NCBI GenBank assembly: GCA_005223125.1
Contig: NJBH01000035.1
Span: 1 to 39,631, forward strand
Source: Promethearchaeota archaeon Loki_b32
GTDB taxonomy: Archaea; Asgardarchaeota; Lokiarchaeia; Sigyniarchaeales; SOKP01
Reading direction: 5' to 3'
Length of the DNA: 39,631 nt
How positions within the stretch are numbered: the stretch's first letter is position 1; each line of letters begins with the position of its first letter. The notes beneath the pieces were generated by a model that worked only from the letters and a program-made list of their open reading frames with translations, was not told the origin of the DNA and made no database searches. Position numbers and translations under genes: made by a program. Shown here piece after piece: positions 7,697 through 16,136 of the stretch.

Positions 7697-9862
7697 ATGA
7701 CAGAAATTAAACTTTTTGTCGATTCGAATAATGATATAAAAGATAAGATCCTTATTTGCCAATCTAATGCAAATAAATTAGGGGTAAAGGATGGAGATTC
7801 AATAGAAGTCTTAAATATCGAGAACAATTTGAAAAAAACTGCAACTGTCGAAATTTCTGATACTATTTTAGATTTTGCTGGTCAATTTGCTAAGAATATA
7901 TTGGATGACTTACAATTTTCGGGAGTTGAATTATCAGTGCGTCCTAGTAGTGCTGCCGCAAAGCTCACACCAACATTAAGAGTTCCAAAAGTTCCTACAC
8001 CGCAACCTACCCCTCCATCGGAACCTATACCAGAACCTACACCGGGACCTACTTTATCTCCATTACCTACACCACCTACACCTCAGCCAACTCCTACACC
8101 GACACCTGCTCCACAACCTACATATACACCGACACCACCACCTCAGCCTTCTCTAATGCCACCACCTACTCCAATATCTCAACCTACTCCTGCACCCACA
8201 CTACCACCTCAACCTTCATTATCACCTCTCCCATCAAAACCTCCCCCTCCCATGGAAATTCCACAACCAAGTTATGATCAGCCAATGATAGAACCCACTG
8301 CCCCAGTTGAACCATTTCCAAATAAAATTGATATTAACATGCTACAGAGCCAAATAAATGGTATAATTCTTACGCCAAAGTTAGATAATAATATAGAAGG
8401 TGGACGAGTACAACTAAACGTTGGTATTCTTCAACAATTAGGCTTAGGTCAAGGAATGTTAATAGCATGGGAAGATCCTCTAACAAGAGCTATGGGTTCA
8501 GCAAGAATCGATCATGCAAATATTGGAATGAATGAAATTAGAATGAGTATGGATACGTATGAAGACACGAATATTCAAGCAGAGCAAGTTGTAGTATATT
8601 CCACTGAACCACCAATCCAGCAGGCTTCAGAATTAATGTTAGAAGTTCAATCGCAACCTAATCTAATGGGATATGCATTGGTAAGCCCAAGAACTCAATA
8701 TACTTTGGCAATACAGTCAGATGATATTCTAGCTTTTGAAGATGAACTTACTGGAGCTATGGGGGCTGGAAAAATAGAAGTTTCGGAGACAACTCCAGAT
8801 AATGTAATTATTATTGATAGTGAAATTTTAGAAGCTTCAGGAATTGGAAGCTTTGAAGTTAAAGTATTTAAAAATCAAAGAACTATTATCCCGTTACAAA
8901 ATATTTTCTTAGGGATATCACCCATTTCCGGAGAAAATATGTGGGAAATAATAAGTACTGCTCGAGAAAATATAGATTCCATGAAAGGATGGATTTCAAA
9001 TTATATTATCTTCAAAGGTATAAAACTAAGATGGTCTGCCGTCAATATCGCTTGTTCTATTATTGATACTGTTCCCGATCTAGTAGGGGATATTTTTGCT
9101 AGGGTTACCCCAAATACAACCTTATCTTTAAGTCCAGTTGGTTTAATTCCATTTAACGCGATTTTAATAGTAGATATAAGTCGTTCCATGATGGCCCGTG
9201 ATGTGCTCGTTACCAACATTGCTCCTGCTATTGAAGGAATAAAAGCGGCTATGGAATCTCGAGAAATCCAAGAATTTCTTAAACATTTTAAAGATGGAAT
9301 TAATATTCCTCGTAGAATTTCAGCAGCATTCGCAGCGGTTCTATTTTTAAGTGAAAAAGTAGGAAGAGGGTTTGGTGAGAAGGTTTCTGTAATTCGCTTT
9401 GCTGACGAAGCACAGGTATTGCCGTTTGGAGGTAGCTTCTACATGGATTCTGCTAGTGGTAAGAAGGGTGTGCTTGAAGATGCTGCTAGAATGATCGTAG
9501 ATAGAATCGGAAATTCATATGGTCAAGCTACTAATATGCATCTTGCAACGGATTCGGCGTACCAAATTCTCCAAGAATTCGATAAAATAACCCCAGATCA
9601 GCCTACTATGATCGTTCTGCTCACAGATGGGGAACCAACAATGAAGGAAGCATTTCTCCAATCCGTTAAGCGATTTAGCGACAACCCTAATGTTGTTATG
9701 TATATAGTAGGATTAGGTAATCCAAATCAGGAATTAATGTCACGAGCCGCAGCATTGTGTGGTGGTGAATACTTTGAGCCCGAAGATGCAGGAGAACTCT
9801 TAATTTGGTACTCAAAACGGGCAAGAGATCTAACGGTTAAACTGAAAGCTCATAAAGAGTAA
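7697..9862 (+). CDS. vWA domain protein with a Pro/Thr-rich linker and repeated CDC48-N-like beta-barrel domains
   Basis: MIDAS DISRS...T(NM)...TDG; repeated 'LGVKDGDSIEV / LGLGQGMLIAW / LAIQSDDILAF' units; about 100-aa Pro-rich tract. Confidence 0.8.
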   Translation: MTEIKLFVDSNNDIKDKILICQSNANKLGVKDGDSIEVLNIENNLKKTATVEISDTILDFAGQFAKNILDDLQFSGVELSVRPSSAAAKLTPTLRVPKVPTPQPTPPSEPIPEPTPGPTLSPLPTPPTPQPTPTPTPAPQPTYTPTPPPQPSLMPPPTPISQPTPAPTLPPQPSLSPLPSKPPPPMEIPQPSYDQPMIEPTAPVEPFPNKIDINMLQSQINGIILTPKLDNNIEGGRVQLNVGILQQLGLGQGMLIAWEDPLTRAMGSARIDHANIGMNEIRMSMDTYEDTNIQAEQVVVYSTEPPIQQASELMLEVQSQPNLMGYALVSPRTQYTLAIQSDDILAFEDELTGAMGAGKIEVSETTPDNVIIIDSEILEASGIGSFEVKVFKNQRTIIPLQNIFLGISPISGENMWEIISTARENIDSMKGWISNYIIFKGIKLRWSAVNIACSIIDTVPDLVGDIFARVTPNTTLSLSPVGLIPFNAILIVDISRSMMARDVLVTNIAPAIEGIKAAMESREIQEFLKHFKDGINIPRRISAAFAAVLFLSEKVGRGFGEKVSVIRFADEAQVLPFGGSFYMDSASGKKGVLEDAARMIVDRIGNSYGQATNMHLATDSAYQILQEFDKITPDQPTMIVLLTDGEPTMKEAFLQSVKRFSDNPNVVMYIVGLGNPNQELMSRAAALCGGEYFEPEDAGELLIWYSKRARDLTVKLKAHKE

Positions 9863-10205
9863 CTTTGAAATTTAAAATTTTTTCTTATTCTATCTCTAAA
9901 TTGTATTTATATCCTTTACTAGATTTAATATCTCAAGTTCCTAAACTTTAACTAAGGTACCTATGTCAAGTATTATAGTTATCTTCTAATAACAACTTCA
10001 AATTACAAATGAACGTATTATATGCCTTACATGATTTAATTCATTCAAAGATATCAAATTCTTTAATATATAGATGAAGAGATTATTGTTTAATTCATTA
10101 GGATTACATTAAAGTTATTAATAATAATTTTGATAATAATTATAATAACATTATTTCCATGAATTATAGTTAGAAATTTATAGCAGAAAAACAATAGTAA
10201 AAAAT

Positions 10206-10607
10206 ATGAAAGACGTAAAAATTATAACAATTGATAATCGAGGACGGATAGTATTGCCTTTAGTGACGAGGAAGAGTCTTGGTATAACCACCAATTCCCA
10301 GTTGATGTTAGTGAGCGATTCAGAAACAAAAGAGATAAGAATCACACCTATTGGATTAAGAGATGAAAGTAATCTGGTTAAATTAAAAGTAGTAATGAAA
10401 GACATTCCCGGAGCTTTAGCAAAGTTACTTGATATATTTGCCCAAGAAGGTCTTAGTTTAGTGTACAGTGAAGCTGTAATTGTTGAGAAGGATAAAACAG
10501 CAGTTTTAACTGCGATATCTGAAAGCCCGAGTAACGCAAATCAGTTAAAGGATATTTTGACTGAAAAGGGAGAAGCGTTAGAAGTTGAATTTTCTCCTTT
10601 AGATTGA
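10206..10607 (+). CDS. AbrB/SpoVT-type DNA-binding protein with an ACT domain
   Basis: TIDNRGRIVLP..RKSLGI (AbrB) followed by MKDIPGALAKLLDIFAQEGLSL (ACT). Confidence 0.85.
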   Translation: MKDVKIITIDNRGRIVLPLVTRKSLGITTNSQLMLVSDSETKEIRITPIGLRDESNLVKLKVVMKDIPGALAKLLDIFAQEGLSLVYSEAVIVEKDKTAVLTAISESPSNANQLKDILTEKGEALEVEFSPLD

Positions 10608-10654
10608 TTTTTAAGTTTTATTTGCTAGAAGAGATTATTGAGAAGGTGTATTAG

Positions 10655-11557
10655 GTGGCGAAAAAGAAAAAAAAAGAAAAGAAGAAAAAACCCCAAGAGA
10701 AAAAGAAAAAACCACAGGAAAAAGAAAAAAAAGTTGATCAAATCCCAGAGTATTCTTTAGATTCTGCCTTATCTTCCGCAAGGACTACGGAAACTACATT
10801 ACAAACCTTATTAAAAGGGGTGTCTGAAGGAAAAGGATTTGTTCATCCATCCAAAGGAGGAAAAGTAAAGGTCACCCCACAGTTAACACACGAATCAAAG
10901 AGTAAGATAGCAGAAGCATATGTTATGGAAGATATTCCATTGACTCAAAGAGCACAGGATCATAAACAACCTCGTACAACACTAGTTCCTATGGCAAAAG
11001 AAAAAGCAACTACTCCAAAAAAATCAATAGGTTCAAAAACAGCACCACAAGAAAGCAAAGTAGAAGTTTCCACTCCAGCCAAACCTCAAACGATACCAGA
11101 AAAAACAGTTAAACCTCCTGTTGAAAAAGAAAAAGCAGAAGAATTACCCACAATTCCCTCTACTAAAAAAGAACCTTCATTTGTAAAAAAAGAGAGTATC
11201 TATTTAAAATTAACAGAATTTTTTGAAGGTTTATTGATGGGTTATAATGAGAACTATGATAGATGGGAAATGTCGATATCTAATATACTCGGAATCTTAC
11301 GAAAAATGCGAAAAATTACAAAGAAAAATACTGATGATTTAGTAGTATCAATTAATAATATTTTTGAAAAAATTCAAGCGAACTTAGAGCAATTTAAAGT
11401 GAAACGAAACGAAATCGAAAAAGTTGCTGAAGTTGACATTGAAACCATGTCGGGCGAATTTAAACAAGTTTTAGGGTTACTAGAGCTACAAATAAAAGAA
11501 TATCAATTAAAACGAGTTACTGATGATTTTGTTCATGAATTAAAATATTATCTATAG
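10655..11557 (+). CDS. Hypothetical protein: Lys-rich N-terminus, disordered middle, helical/coiled-coil C-terminus
   Basis: 300-aa ORF; GTG start with AGGTG upstream; co-oriented with neighbours. Confidence 0.8.
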   Translation: MAKKKKKEKKKKPQEKKKKPQEKEKKVDQIPEYSLDSALSSARTTETTLQTLLKGVSEGKGFVHPSKGGKVKVTPQLTHESKSKIAEAYVMEDIPLTQRAQDHKQPRTTLVPMAKEKATTPKKSIGSKTAPQESKVEVSTPAKPQTIPEKTVKPPVEKEKAEELPTIPSTKKEPSFVKKESIYLKLTEFFEGLLMGYNENYDRWEMSISNILGILRKMRKITKKNTDDLVVSINNIFEKIQANLEQFKVKRNEIEKVAEVDIETMSGEFKQVLGLLELQIKEYQLKRVTDDFVHELKYYL

Positions 11558-11614
11558 GAAATTTATTCTTAACTTAAATTCGATAATTTATAGAGATACA
11601 TTATTAAAATTACA

Positions 11615-12811
11615 ATGTTAACTGAAAATAAAAGCCAATTACGTCCAATAATTATAGAAATTGGAAGTCAAAACTTTCGATTAGGGTGGGCGGGTGATGA
11701 TTACCCGGATATTATTGCACCTAGTGTCTATGTTGATAATAACGATTACTTATTTACATCAGATGTAATTGATGGTCTTGAGGATATTTTTATAACTGAA
11801 AAGAATGCTGAAAACCACCTGTTTGGTCACGAAGCTTTAAAATATTCTAATATTCTTAAGATTCATTTTTTCAAGAAAGAAAGCAATTATAATGTTTTCA
11901 TGAAATACTTCTATCATCATTACAAACAATTAAATATAGCTGAGGAAAATCATTTCAAACAACCTATTATCATTATATCACCTTTTAATATGTCAGAATT
12001 GGAAAAAACAAAACTACAAGATATCTTTTTTAATGTATTTGACTTTCCCTCTTTACTATTTTTATCTGAATCACAAGGAATCTTAGCTACACTGCGAAAA
12101 ACTAGTGGTGTGGTTATTAATATGGGTGAAGCAAACACAACATTCACTACATTTTTACATGGATTTTCAAATGTAATGGCAAGGGATATATATCCTATTG
12201 CTGGCAAGGAATTAACAAATTACCTTCTAAATTTAATTTTAACAAGAAAAGGAATTGGAAAAACAGTTTATATTGACAAAATAATTGCAAAGGAAATCAA
12301 AGATAAGCTATCCTTATGTATTTTTAATCCAGATGAAGAAATAAAAAGAATAAAAGATGGATTAACAAAATATAATAGAACAATTGATTTACCGGATGGT
12401 TCATCCTTGGAAATTAATACAGAAAGATTTATGCTAGTTGAACCTTTATTCAATCCTTCATTAATTCATATTGATTACCTAGGATTACCTGAGGCGGTTT
12501 CAAAAGTTATTAAATTTTGGGATAGAGAAAACTGGGAGATAATAGTTCCAAATATTATCATTGCTGGAGGGGGTAGCCTAATTCCTGGATTAGAAAAACG
12601 TCTAAAATTGGAAATTGCAAAGCATTTTTCAGATAGATTGAAAGATAAAATTAACGTTATTGTTGTTTCTGGAAGAGAAAATATTGGCTGGATTGGTTCA
12701 TCAGTCTTGTGGGCTCAAGATAAGTTAAAGAAAGGATGGATTCAGAATCCTAGTCAAGAAGGTACAGACCAGGTACATAATGTGGAAGAACCCTCTCAAA
12801 ATGATAATTAA
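11615..12811 (+). CDS. Divergent actin-related protein
   Basis: IEIGS..FRLGWAGDDYP, AGKELTNYL, LPDGS, ERF.LVEPLFNPS, NIIIAGGGS.IPGLEKRL and WIGSSV align with actin. Confidence 0.93.
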   Translation: MLTENKSQLRPIIIEIGSQNFRLGWAGDDYPDIIAPSVYVDNNDYLFTSDVIDGLEDIFITEKNAENHLFGHEALKYSNILKIHFFKKESNYNVFMKYFYHHYKQLNIAEENHFKQPIIIISPFNMSELEKTKLQDIFFNVFDFPSLLFLSESQGILATLRKTSGVVINMGEANTTFTTFLHGFSNVMARDIYPIAGKELTNYLLNLILTRKGIGKTVYIDKIIAKEIKDKLSLCIFNPDEEIKRIKDGLTKYNRTIDLPDGSSLEINTERFMLVEPLFNPSLIHIDYLGLPEAVSKVIKFWDRENWEIIVPNIIIAGGGSLIPGLEKRLKLEIAKHFSDRLKDKINVIVVSGRENIGWIGSSVLWAQDKLKKGWIQNPSQEGTDQVHNVEEPSQNDN

Positions 12812-12835
12812 AATCGAAAAAGGTATTAAAATCTT

Positions 12836-15427
12836 ATGTCTGTGAGTTTAGATTTAAAGAAGGAATTTTTGACTAATTTCCAAAAAAAAATTATTACTGC
12901 TCGTAAATTACTTTTTGCTGCAAACCATAAGTGGGCTAGCAGTGTACTTGATAATTTAAGTTTTGATATAGAAAAAAGTGATTGGCTCGATATTCAGAAG
13001 AAGCATCAATTAAATATGGTAATTTCTAATTCTTGGTGGATGTATTTAAATTCATTAGTAAAACATAAAGAAGGAAAAGCTGACATCGATTTAATCAGAT
13101 ATATTGATGCATATAAAAGATTCTTCTCCTTTTTATCTAGACTAGACGATTTCTATTTATTTAATAATTTCAGTACTAACCTTTTAAAGAAGTTTGTAAA
13201 TATGGAAGATTTATCCCAAATTGGTATAACTAAATTTATCAACTCCTTTTCAGCAAAATTACAGGAAAAAGAAGAGTTCCAGAAATTATTTGAATTACAG
13301 ATATTACAAATTTTTTTGAGAAAATCAGTAGCACCTTCCGAGTATTTTCATTTAAGCATGGAAACATTAGGTAAAACAATTTTCAATATAGAGCCGAGCA
13401 AACGTGCTTTATTTCTTTATATAATTTTGGAAGACGTCTGTTTAAAATACAAATTAATGGGGGATTCTGCTGAATTTGTAAGATTAATAAATAAAATATT
13501 AGTAAACAGACTTCCTGGCTATTTAAAAAACGAATTCAGCAATATTAGTAGAATTACTATTAATGAAAGAAGTTTTGGAGCAACATTAATTGATCTTGAA
13601 GAATTGATATATTATTTGAATGATATAGGTGAATATTCGTGGATTATTCTCTTAATTCGCAATATTTTCTCAAAAATCCAAGAATATAATTCATTTGGTG
13701 AAGCTGTTACGTACATTCGGAAGTTTATCGATTTTTCAGTCGATAGAAATCGTTTTGAAATGGCATTTGATATTTATGATTTCTTAGAGGATTTGTTCAT
13801 GTATAAAACAGATTTATCTTATGATAATATATTAATTGAATTATGGGGTGAAGCTTGTAAGAAATTTGTTGATATGAAAGAAAAGAAATATTTACTTCAA
13901 TCCTTAGTAAAACTAAACAATCACTTAAAATTACCTCAAAAACATGATCAAATCTTTCATTATTTTTACACTTGCAATATTTTATGGCAATTTAAATCCA
14001 TGTTCTTTGCTTTAGAACAACGAGATTTTTGGAGAATGATGTTTTATCGTGCGCTTTTTGAAGAACAAAATTATCGAATAGCACAAAAAATACTCCTCTA
14101 CTTAGATGAGGATTTTAATAAAATAATACCAGATCTCAAAGTGCTATATAGCGAAACTGAACATTTACAAAAAGAAATTTACGCTTTTGATGATCAAAAT
14201 GCTGTTCCACATTTATTCCACAAGGATTTTGCGATAAAACAGTTAATTCTAAGAATCAATTTTAATGGGATGATTTCTTATAGAATGAATTCTGTTGATG
14301 ATGAAGTAATTGATGGTACAATCTCTAATGAATACTGGAATGATTCTCAAGTATTAGAATTATATAATGAACTCTTCACCGAACCTGAACATCGCAAATT
14401 CACCTTTGATTTGAATGAATTTGGTGAATTACTATATATTTTTCTCCCTAAGTTAATTAGAAATTTCTTTAAATCATTTAAAATTGAAAGTCTGAACTTA
14501 ATACCTCAAATTTATTTTGTATTAGACAATATAACCATCCCTTTTGATCTTATCTATGATAATAACTTTTTCTGTTTAAAATATTCAATTGGATATAAAC
14601 TATCTGAGGTTTCACTTAGAGGCGTAGTTTTCGATGATACTGATATTGAAGATTCTTCATTAGAGCCATCTAAAACAGGATATAAAGTTTTAATAATTGA
14701 TTCGATCAATTCAAAAAGTCCTTTAAAATGGAATGAAAAAGCAAGACAGAAGGAATTACTTTTTCCATTTCAAGCAGGAGCAGATGAATTGAATTATATA
14801 ATAAATTTCTTTAATGAAAGATCTGAAATTGATCAATTAACAACACTAATAGGTGCTAATTCAACACGAGAGAACATAATCTCAAATTTATCTGACGGAA
14901 CTTATCAAATTATAGTTTTTGTGGGGAATATTTTCTATTCTAAATGGAGTCCTAAAAATAGCTTTTTCCTTACAAATGATAATCATATTGTAACATTTAA
15001 TGAAATTAATCAAATCTTAAGCAAAAACTCCCTCAAAATTCAACCATTTATATTTTTTAATTCCCAAATTTATGATATTAACGGCAGAAAGATTAGAAAT
15101 ACCTTAACCAACTTTGGAGAAATTGTTGCTCAATTTGATTATAATAAAATTACGGGGATTGTATCAAAAAACTATCCTATTTTTAATGATGAGACAAAAC
15201 AAATTACTTCTAGTTTTTTCATAAATTTCTTTAACAAAACTAGCCAAGGAGTTTCTCTTTTGAAGGCTCGCCAACAATGTATAGCAAGGAAGATGGAAAA
15301 AATTCTAGAACAACAAGTTAAAGATTCAATTTCAAAAAATGGTACTACGAGAATTGATTTACGCAGTAGCTTAGCAATTTCAAGTTATTTACTTTTCGGA
15401 AAACCGTGGAGAAAAATTAGTTCTTGA
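12836..15427 (+). CDS. Large helical protein with a degenerate C-terminal CHAT-like domain
   Basis: IPFDLIYD..FFCLKYSIG, GADELNYI, STRENII, GVSLLKARQ and YLLFGKP follow the CHAT layout; catalytic His and Cys are absent. Confidence 0.7.
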   Translation: MSVSLDLKKEFLTNFQKKIITARKLLFAANHKWASSVLDNLSFDIEKSDWLDIQKKHQLNMVISNSWWMYLNSLVKHKEGKADIDLIRYIDAYKRFFSFLSRLDDFYLFNNFSTNLLKKFVNMEDLSQIGITKFINSFSAKLQEKEEFQKLFELQILQIFLRKSVAPSEYFHLSMETLGKTIFNIEPSKRALFLYIILEDVCLKYKLMGDSAEFVRLINKILVNRLPGYLKNEFSNISRITINERSFGATLIDLEELIYYLNDIGEYSWIILLIRNIFSKIQEYNSFGEAVTYIRKFIDFSVDRNRFEMAFDIYDFLEDLFMYKTDLSYDNILIELWGEACKKFVDMKEKKYLLQSLVKLNNHLKLPQKHDQIFHYFYTCNILWQFKSMFFALEQRDFWRMMFYRALFEEQNYRIAQKILLYLDEDFNKIIPDLKVLYSETEHLQKEIYAFDDQNAVPHLFHKDFAIKQLILRINFNGMISYRMNSVDDEVIDGTISNEYWNDSQVLELYNELFTEPEHRKFTFDLNEFGELLYIFLPKLIRNFFKSFKIESLNLIPQIYFVLDNITIPFDLIYDNNFFCLKYSIGYKLSEVSLRGVVFDDTDIEDSSLEPSKTGYKVLIIDSINSKSPLKWNEKARQKELLFPFQAGADELNYIINFFNERSEIDQLTTLIGANSTRENIISNLSDGTYQIIVFVGNIFYSKWSPKNSFFLTNDNHIVTFNEINQILSKNSLKIQPFIFFNSQIYDINGRKIRNTLTNFGEIVAQFDYNKITGIVSKNYPIFNDETKQITSSFFINFFNKTSQGVSLLKARQQCIARKMEKILEQQVKDSISKNGTTRIDLRSSLAISSYLLFGKPWRKISS

Positions 15428-15520
15428 ATTAAGATGTTCGATTAGAAAATAACAATAAATAAAAAATATTATTATAAATATTATTTATGGTATTTAATAA
15501 ATAAAAAAAAGAGTTGATAA

Positions 15521-16066
15521 GTGATAAGCCAAACTGACCGAATACTGGAATTAAGGGTGGAGAATAAACGACTTAAAGAACAGATAACTAACTTAGAAAA
15601 TAAAATACTGACATTAGTAGGGATGGTAAACATAGAATCTTCTGGAGACCCCGAAAGGAAAAATGTACTTAATGATCTTTTAATGAACATAATAAATTCC
15701 ACTAAAGACCAGTTAAATATCGTATCTCCTCGTATTGACAGTTTTTATGCAAAAGAACTTAAAAGACTTGTTGAACGAGGTATCCCAGTCCTCTTAATAA
15801 CTACTGATAGAGGAGAAGTTACTAAAAAAGATCTCCCAATTTATGATGATTTAAAACTTACTCAAGGAATTAGCGTAATAAATAATCCTAATGTGAAGTT
15901 TTTATTGGTTTTTAATACTGAACAAGCAGTTTATGCAGGAGGCTCTTTGGATAAAGAGGAGTTATCTAAATCGATTCTAATAATCACCAAAATTCAAGAA
16001 AAATCAAAGTTAAGGATGATAGCAGAAATCTTTTCCTTAATGCTTCCTACATTTATGAGAAAATAA
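15521..16066 (+). CDS. Coiled-coil plus PLD-like fold protein lacking the HKD motif
   Basis: IINSTKDQLNIVSPRI, LVERGIPVLLIT and AVYAGGSL resemble the PLD-like/Nuc fold. Confidence 0.65.
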   Translation: MISQTDRILELRVENKRLKEQITNLENKILTLVGMVNIESSGDPERKNVLNDLLMNIINSTKDQLNIVSPRIDSFYAKELKRLVERGIPVLLITTDRGEVTKKDLPIYDDLKLTQGISVINNPNVKFLLVFNTEQAVYAGGSLDKEELSKSILIITKIQEKSKLRMIAEIFSLMLPTFMRK

Positions 16067-16136
16067 CAATAGTTTTCTCTATTTTTTTTGTAATAGCATC
16101 TAATATTAGAGATGTTTAAGACCTCATTTTTTAGAA

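Noticed and set aside
7985-8300. CRISPR-like or non-coding tandem repeat
   Set aside because: The repetition comes from Pro/Thr codons within a coding linker. I saw no repeat-spacer array anywhere in the window.
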